NCBI GenBank assembly: GCA_030141605.1
Contig: JAQGDQ010001437.1
Location: forward strand, 1-25,233
DNA: 25,233 nucleotides
DNA from: Tubiluchus corallicola
Taxonomy: Eukaryota; Animalia; Priapulida
Direction: 5' to 3'
Position 1 is the stretch's first letter; the number at the start of each line of letters is the position of its first letter. Under the pieces are notes generated by a model. The model did not search any database. It saw only the letters and a program-made list of their open reading frames with translations, and was not told the DNA's origin. Of this stretch, positions 21,374-25,233 are shown in pieces. Both the position numbers and the translations under genes were made by a program.

Positions 21374-22142
21374 CTAGCAAAGGCCCCGCAAAAGATTTTG
21401 CGTAAAAAACCACGTGTAATTAATAATACGCGAACATCCTACCTAGTCCACATTTATAACGCAAAGCCCGTAACATCATGCCTACAGTTTGTTTAACTAA
21501 CGCAAAGCCTGTAGCAGCTTTTACTGAATTAAAGTTATAAGATTATAGACAGAATACAATGGATGACGTCACAACAATGCCTTTGCGTCAGCAGTTTTCT
21601 AAGCGAAAATTGCCGAAAATGGAACCTCTAATTAACTCGCCAGTACTCCTCTCGGTGGACCTGCCCTAACATATATTCCACATCATCGTGTAGCCCCGTT
21701 CTTCTTCTTTGTAAAGAGCTATATATCTCCTTCCGAGAGTCCCACCAGGCGCCGCTAGAACGTTTTTCCCGCAGGCTATTTGATCAAAATTTCGAAAAAA
21801 TCGCGAGTTGGGTCCGCGAAAACGCCCGTTACGGGACCCCGTGGCCCTCTTGGGAATTCTAAATAGGCCTATGACACCCACCGCTGAACGGGCTATCTAT
21901 CCATACCCAGCACCCCCCCTCGGCCCGTTCCCGTTCTCTACATCTCAGCCGTATAACTTTTGCAAAAAACGGCCGAAAAATGGTTATTTTTGGAGGTTTT
22001 TCGCCTCCCCTTCCTCGCTGTGGGCCCAATTCGAAAAATAAACCCCCAATGAGACGACACTAGATCGAGACCTTTCGTTTGATGTATAAATCGCCGCAAA
22101 TGGTGCCCTCGTCGGAGCTGTAGCCTCGAATCTTATATATAT
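21374..22142 (-). mobile_element. Inverted copy of the Helitron-like core with intact 3' end
   Basis: Reverse complement of ~22745-23514. On the minus strand it ends cgcaaaa-tc-ttttgcg gggcctttg CTAG|T. Confidence 0.8.
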
Positions 22143-22670
22143 GGTGCAGTGTGGTGTTATGGTGTGGTGCAGTGCGGGGTGATGTGGTGGAGTATTATGG
22201 CGTGGGTGGTGCGGTGTGGTGTGGTGCAGTGTGGTGTGATGTGGTGGAGTCGAATGGTGTGGGTGGTGTGGTGTGGTGTGTGGGTGGGTGGTGCGGTGTG
22301 CTGCAGTGGTATGGTGTGGTGCGGTGTGGTGTATTGTGATGTGGTGGAGTAGTATGGTGTGGGTGGTGTGGTGGGTGGGTGGTGTGTTGCAGTGTGGTGT
22401 TATGGTGTGGTGCTGTGCAGTGTGATGTTGTGGAGTATTATGGTGTGGGTGGTGTGGTGTGGTGTGTGGGTGGTGCAGTGGTATGGTGTGGTGCAGTGTG
22501 GTGTGATGTGGTGGAGTGGTATGGTGTGGGTGGTGTGGTGTGTAGGTGGTATGGTGTGGTGCGGTGCGGTGTGGTGGTATTGTGTGGTGCGATGAGGTGG
22601 AGTGGTATGGTGTGGTGCAGTGTGGTGTGATGAGGTGGAGTGGTGTGGTGTTGGTTGTGTGTTGATTTGT
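22143..22670. repeat. GGTGT-based complex satellite
   Basis: Degenerate (GGTGT)n with recurring gcagtgtggtgtgatgtggtggagt blocks. Confidence 0.95.
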
Positions 22671-22701
22671 GCACAAAATTCTTTTTGTGGGGTTTGGCTA
22701 G

Positions 22702-24305
22702 TCTCTTATATTAATATTCTTGGTATATATATATATATATTTATTTATATATAAGATTCGAGGCTACAGCCCGGACGAGGGCACCATTTGCGGCGATCTA
22801 TATATCAAACGAAAGGTCTCGATCTAGTGTCGTCTCATTGATGGTTTATTTTTCGAATGGGGCCCACCGCGAGGAACGGGGGGCGAAAAACCTCCAAAAA
22901 TGGCCCTTTTTCGGGCGTTTTTTGCAAAAGTTATACGGCTGAGATGTAGAGAACGGGAACGGGCCGAGGGGGGTGCTGGGTATGGATAGATAGCCCGTTC
23001 AGCGGTGGGTGTCATAGGCCTATTTAGAATTCGCGAGAGGGCCACGGCGCCCCGCAACGGGCGTTTTCCCGGACCCAACTCGCGATTTTTTCGAAATTTT
23101 GACCAAACAGCCTGCGGGAAAAACGTTCTAGCGGCGCCCGGTGGGACTCTCGGAAGGAGATATGGGGCTCTTTACAAAGAGGAAGAACGGGGCTACACGA
23201 TGGTGTGGGCTATATGTTAGGGCAGGTCCACCGAGAGGAGTATTGGCGAGTTAATTAGGAGTTCTATTTTCGGCAATTTTCGCTTAGAAAACTATTGACG
23301 CAAAGGCATTGTTGTGACGTCATCCATTGTACTCTGCTGTAATCTTATAACTTTAATTCAGCAAAAAGCTGCCTGCTACGGGTTTGCGTTAGTTAAACAA
23401 ACGGTATGCAGGATGTTACGGGCGTAGTGTTATAAATGAGGACTGTGTAGGACGTTCGCGTATTATTGATTACACGTGGTTTTTTATGCAAAATCTTTTG
23501 CGGGGCCTTTGCTATTTATTATATTATAGCACATAGTTTCAACTTTGTGAAAAATGTTTGGAATGGTTTTGTTGTAATGCTGTGCTGTTGGTGCTTGTGC
23601 TATAGGTGTCGTCATCGTTGCCACCATCATCATCATCATCATCAACATCATGATCACCACGTGAGGTGGTGGATTTGATGTGGTGGTGGTGTGCTTTGTG
23701 TGTTGTGCTATGGATGGTGTGGTGGGGTGATAGGGTGTGTGGGGTGTGGTGTGGGTAGTGTGGTATGGAGTGGGTGGCGTGGTGTGTGGGTGTTGTGGTG
23801 CAGTGTGGTGTGATGTGGTGGAGTATTATGGTGTGGGTGGTGTGGTGTGTGGGTGGTGCGATGTGGTGTGGTGCAGTGGTATGGTGTGGTGCAGTGTGGT
23901 GTGATGTGGTGGAGTTGTATGGTGTGGGTGGTGTGGTGTGGTGTGTGGGTGGTGCGGTGTGCTGCAGTGGTATGGTACGGTGCAGTGTGGTGTGATGTGG
24001 TGGAGTGGTATGGTGTGGGTGGTGTGGTGCAGTGTGGTGTTATGGTGTGGTGCTGTGCGGTGTGATGTGGTGGAGTATTATGGTGCGGGTGGTGTGGTGT
24101 GTGGATGGTGCAATGTGGTGTGATGTGGTATGGTGTGGGTGGTGTGGTGTGTAGGTGGTATGGTGTGGTGCGGTGTGGTGGTATTGTGTGGTGCGATGAG
24201 GTGGAGTGGTATGGTGTGGTGCAGTGTGGTGTGATGAGGTGGAGTGGTGTGGTGTGGGTTGTGTGTTGATTTGTGCACAAAATTCTTTTTGTGGGGTTTG
24301 GCTAG
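22702..24305 (+). mobile_element. Helitron-like array unit 2 (1604 bp, complete)
   Basis: TC head at 22702; core to 23514 ending hairpin + CTAT; then unique/CAT-repeat/GGTGT segment; terminal hairpin + CTAG (24302-24305). Confidence 0.75.
23700..24272. repeat. GGTGT-based complex satellite (second copy)
   Basis: Homologous to 22143-22670, with a shared ending gtgtgttgatttgtgcac. Confidence 0.95.
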
Positions 24306-25233
24306 TCTCTTATATTAATATTCTTGGTATATATATATATATTTATTTATATATAAGATTCGAGGCTACAGCCCGGACGAGGGCACCATTTGCGGCGATC
24401 TATATATCAAACGAAAGGTCTCGATCTAGTGTCGTGCCATTGATGGTTTATTTTTCGAATCGGGCCCACCGGGAGGAACGGGGGGCGAAAAACCTACAAA
24501 AATGGCCATTTTTCGGCCGTTTTTTGCAAAAGTTATACGGCTGAGATGTAGAGAACGGGAACGGGCCGAGGGTGGTGCTGGGTATGGATAGATAGCCCGT
24601 TCAGCGGTGGGTGTAGTAGGCATATTTAGAATTCCCGAGAGGGCCAGGGCGCCCCGCAACGGGCGTTTTCCCGGACCCAACTGGCGATTTTTTCGAAATT
24701 TTGACCAAACAGCATGCGGGAAAAACGTTCTAGCGGCGCCCGGTGGGACTCTGGGAAGGAGATATATAGCTCTTTACAAAGAGGAAGGACAGGGCTACAC
24801 GATGATGTGGGCTATATGTTAGGACAGGTCCACCGAGAGGAGTATCAACGAGTTAGTTAGGAGTTCTATTTTCGGCGATTTTCGCTTAGAAAACTGTTGA
24901 CGCAAAGGCATTGTTGTGACGTCATCCATTGTACTCTGTCTATAACTTTAATTCAGCAAAAAACTGCCTGCTACGTGTTTGCGTTAGTTAAACAAACAGT
25001 AGGCATGATGTTACGGGCTTTGTGTAATAAATGAGGACTAGGTAGGATGTTCGCGTATTATTGATTACACGTGGTTTTTTACGCAAAATCTTTTGCGGGG
25101 CCTTTGCTATTTATTATATTATAGCACATAGTTTCAACTTTGTGAAAAATGTTTGGAATGGTTTTGTTGTAATGCTGTGCTGTTGGTGCTTGTGCTATAG
25201 GTGTCGTCATCGTTGCCACCATCATCATCATCA
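24306..25233 (+). mobile_element. Helitron-like array unit 3 (cut by window end)
   Basis: Near-identical to 22702-23640, including the CTAT internal end (25107-25110) and the same downstream sequence. Confidence 0.75.

Larger units (their letters stand above)
21306..22701 (+). mobile_element. Helitron-like array unit 1 (TC head, inverted core, GT-rich satellite, hairpin-CTAG end)
   Basis: A|TCTCTTATATTAATA at 21305-21320; ends cacaaaa-ttct-ttttgtg, 8 nt, CTAG (22698-22701). Confidence 0.7.

Noticed and set aside
21984-24280. Long His/Thr/Pro-rich and Val/Trp/Cys/Gly-rich ORFs (e.g. 21984-22676, 23708-24280)
   Set aside because: They are translations of the GGTGT satellite, which lacks stops in most frames on both strands; no sign of a real gene.
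21666-24822. Recurrent ~71-84 aa ORFs (MGVIGLFRI..., MGPGKRPLR...)
   Set aside because: They recur only because the element core is repeated; no Rep, helicase or transposase motifs.

Overview
AT-rich, intron-containing eukaryotic (most likely invertebrate animal) genomic DNA; no prokaryotic operons, CRISPR or rRNA seen. I could splice three genes by eye. (1) The last coding exon of a focal adhesion kinase (FAK/PTK2, FAT-domain C-terminus; + strand, 171-364), whose splice acceptor is tandemly duplicated. (2) A complete 7-exon CCDC25 gene (- strand, 12767-6431, 208 aa), convergent with FAK. (3) A complete 7-exon, 9-ankyrin-repeat gene resembling the espin/forked ankyrin region (- strand, 20139-14563, 395 aa), whose stop codon lies in the first unit of a 42-bp minisatellite. 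Introns and intergenic DNA hold non-autonomous transposons with visible termini (hAT, piggyBac, Kolobok, Tc1/pogo-like), a probable solo LTR with perfect heat-shock elements, and a telomere-like higher-order repeat. From 21306 to the window end lies a head-to-tail array of TC...hairpin-CTAG units that looks like a composite non-autonomous Helitron. It shows a mutated internal terminator, captured satellite DNA and one inverted core. Most ORFs in the supplied track are repeat or antisense artefacts. I see no convincing wholly new multi-gene system. The best leads are the Helitron array, the heat-shock LTR, the duplicated AG|GT acceptor in FAK, and the FAK-CCDC25 linkage. Family names and homologies come from recall, not database searches.
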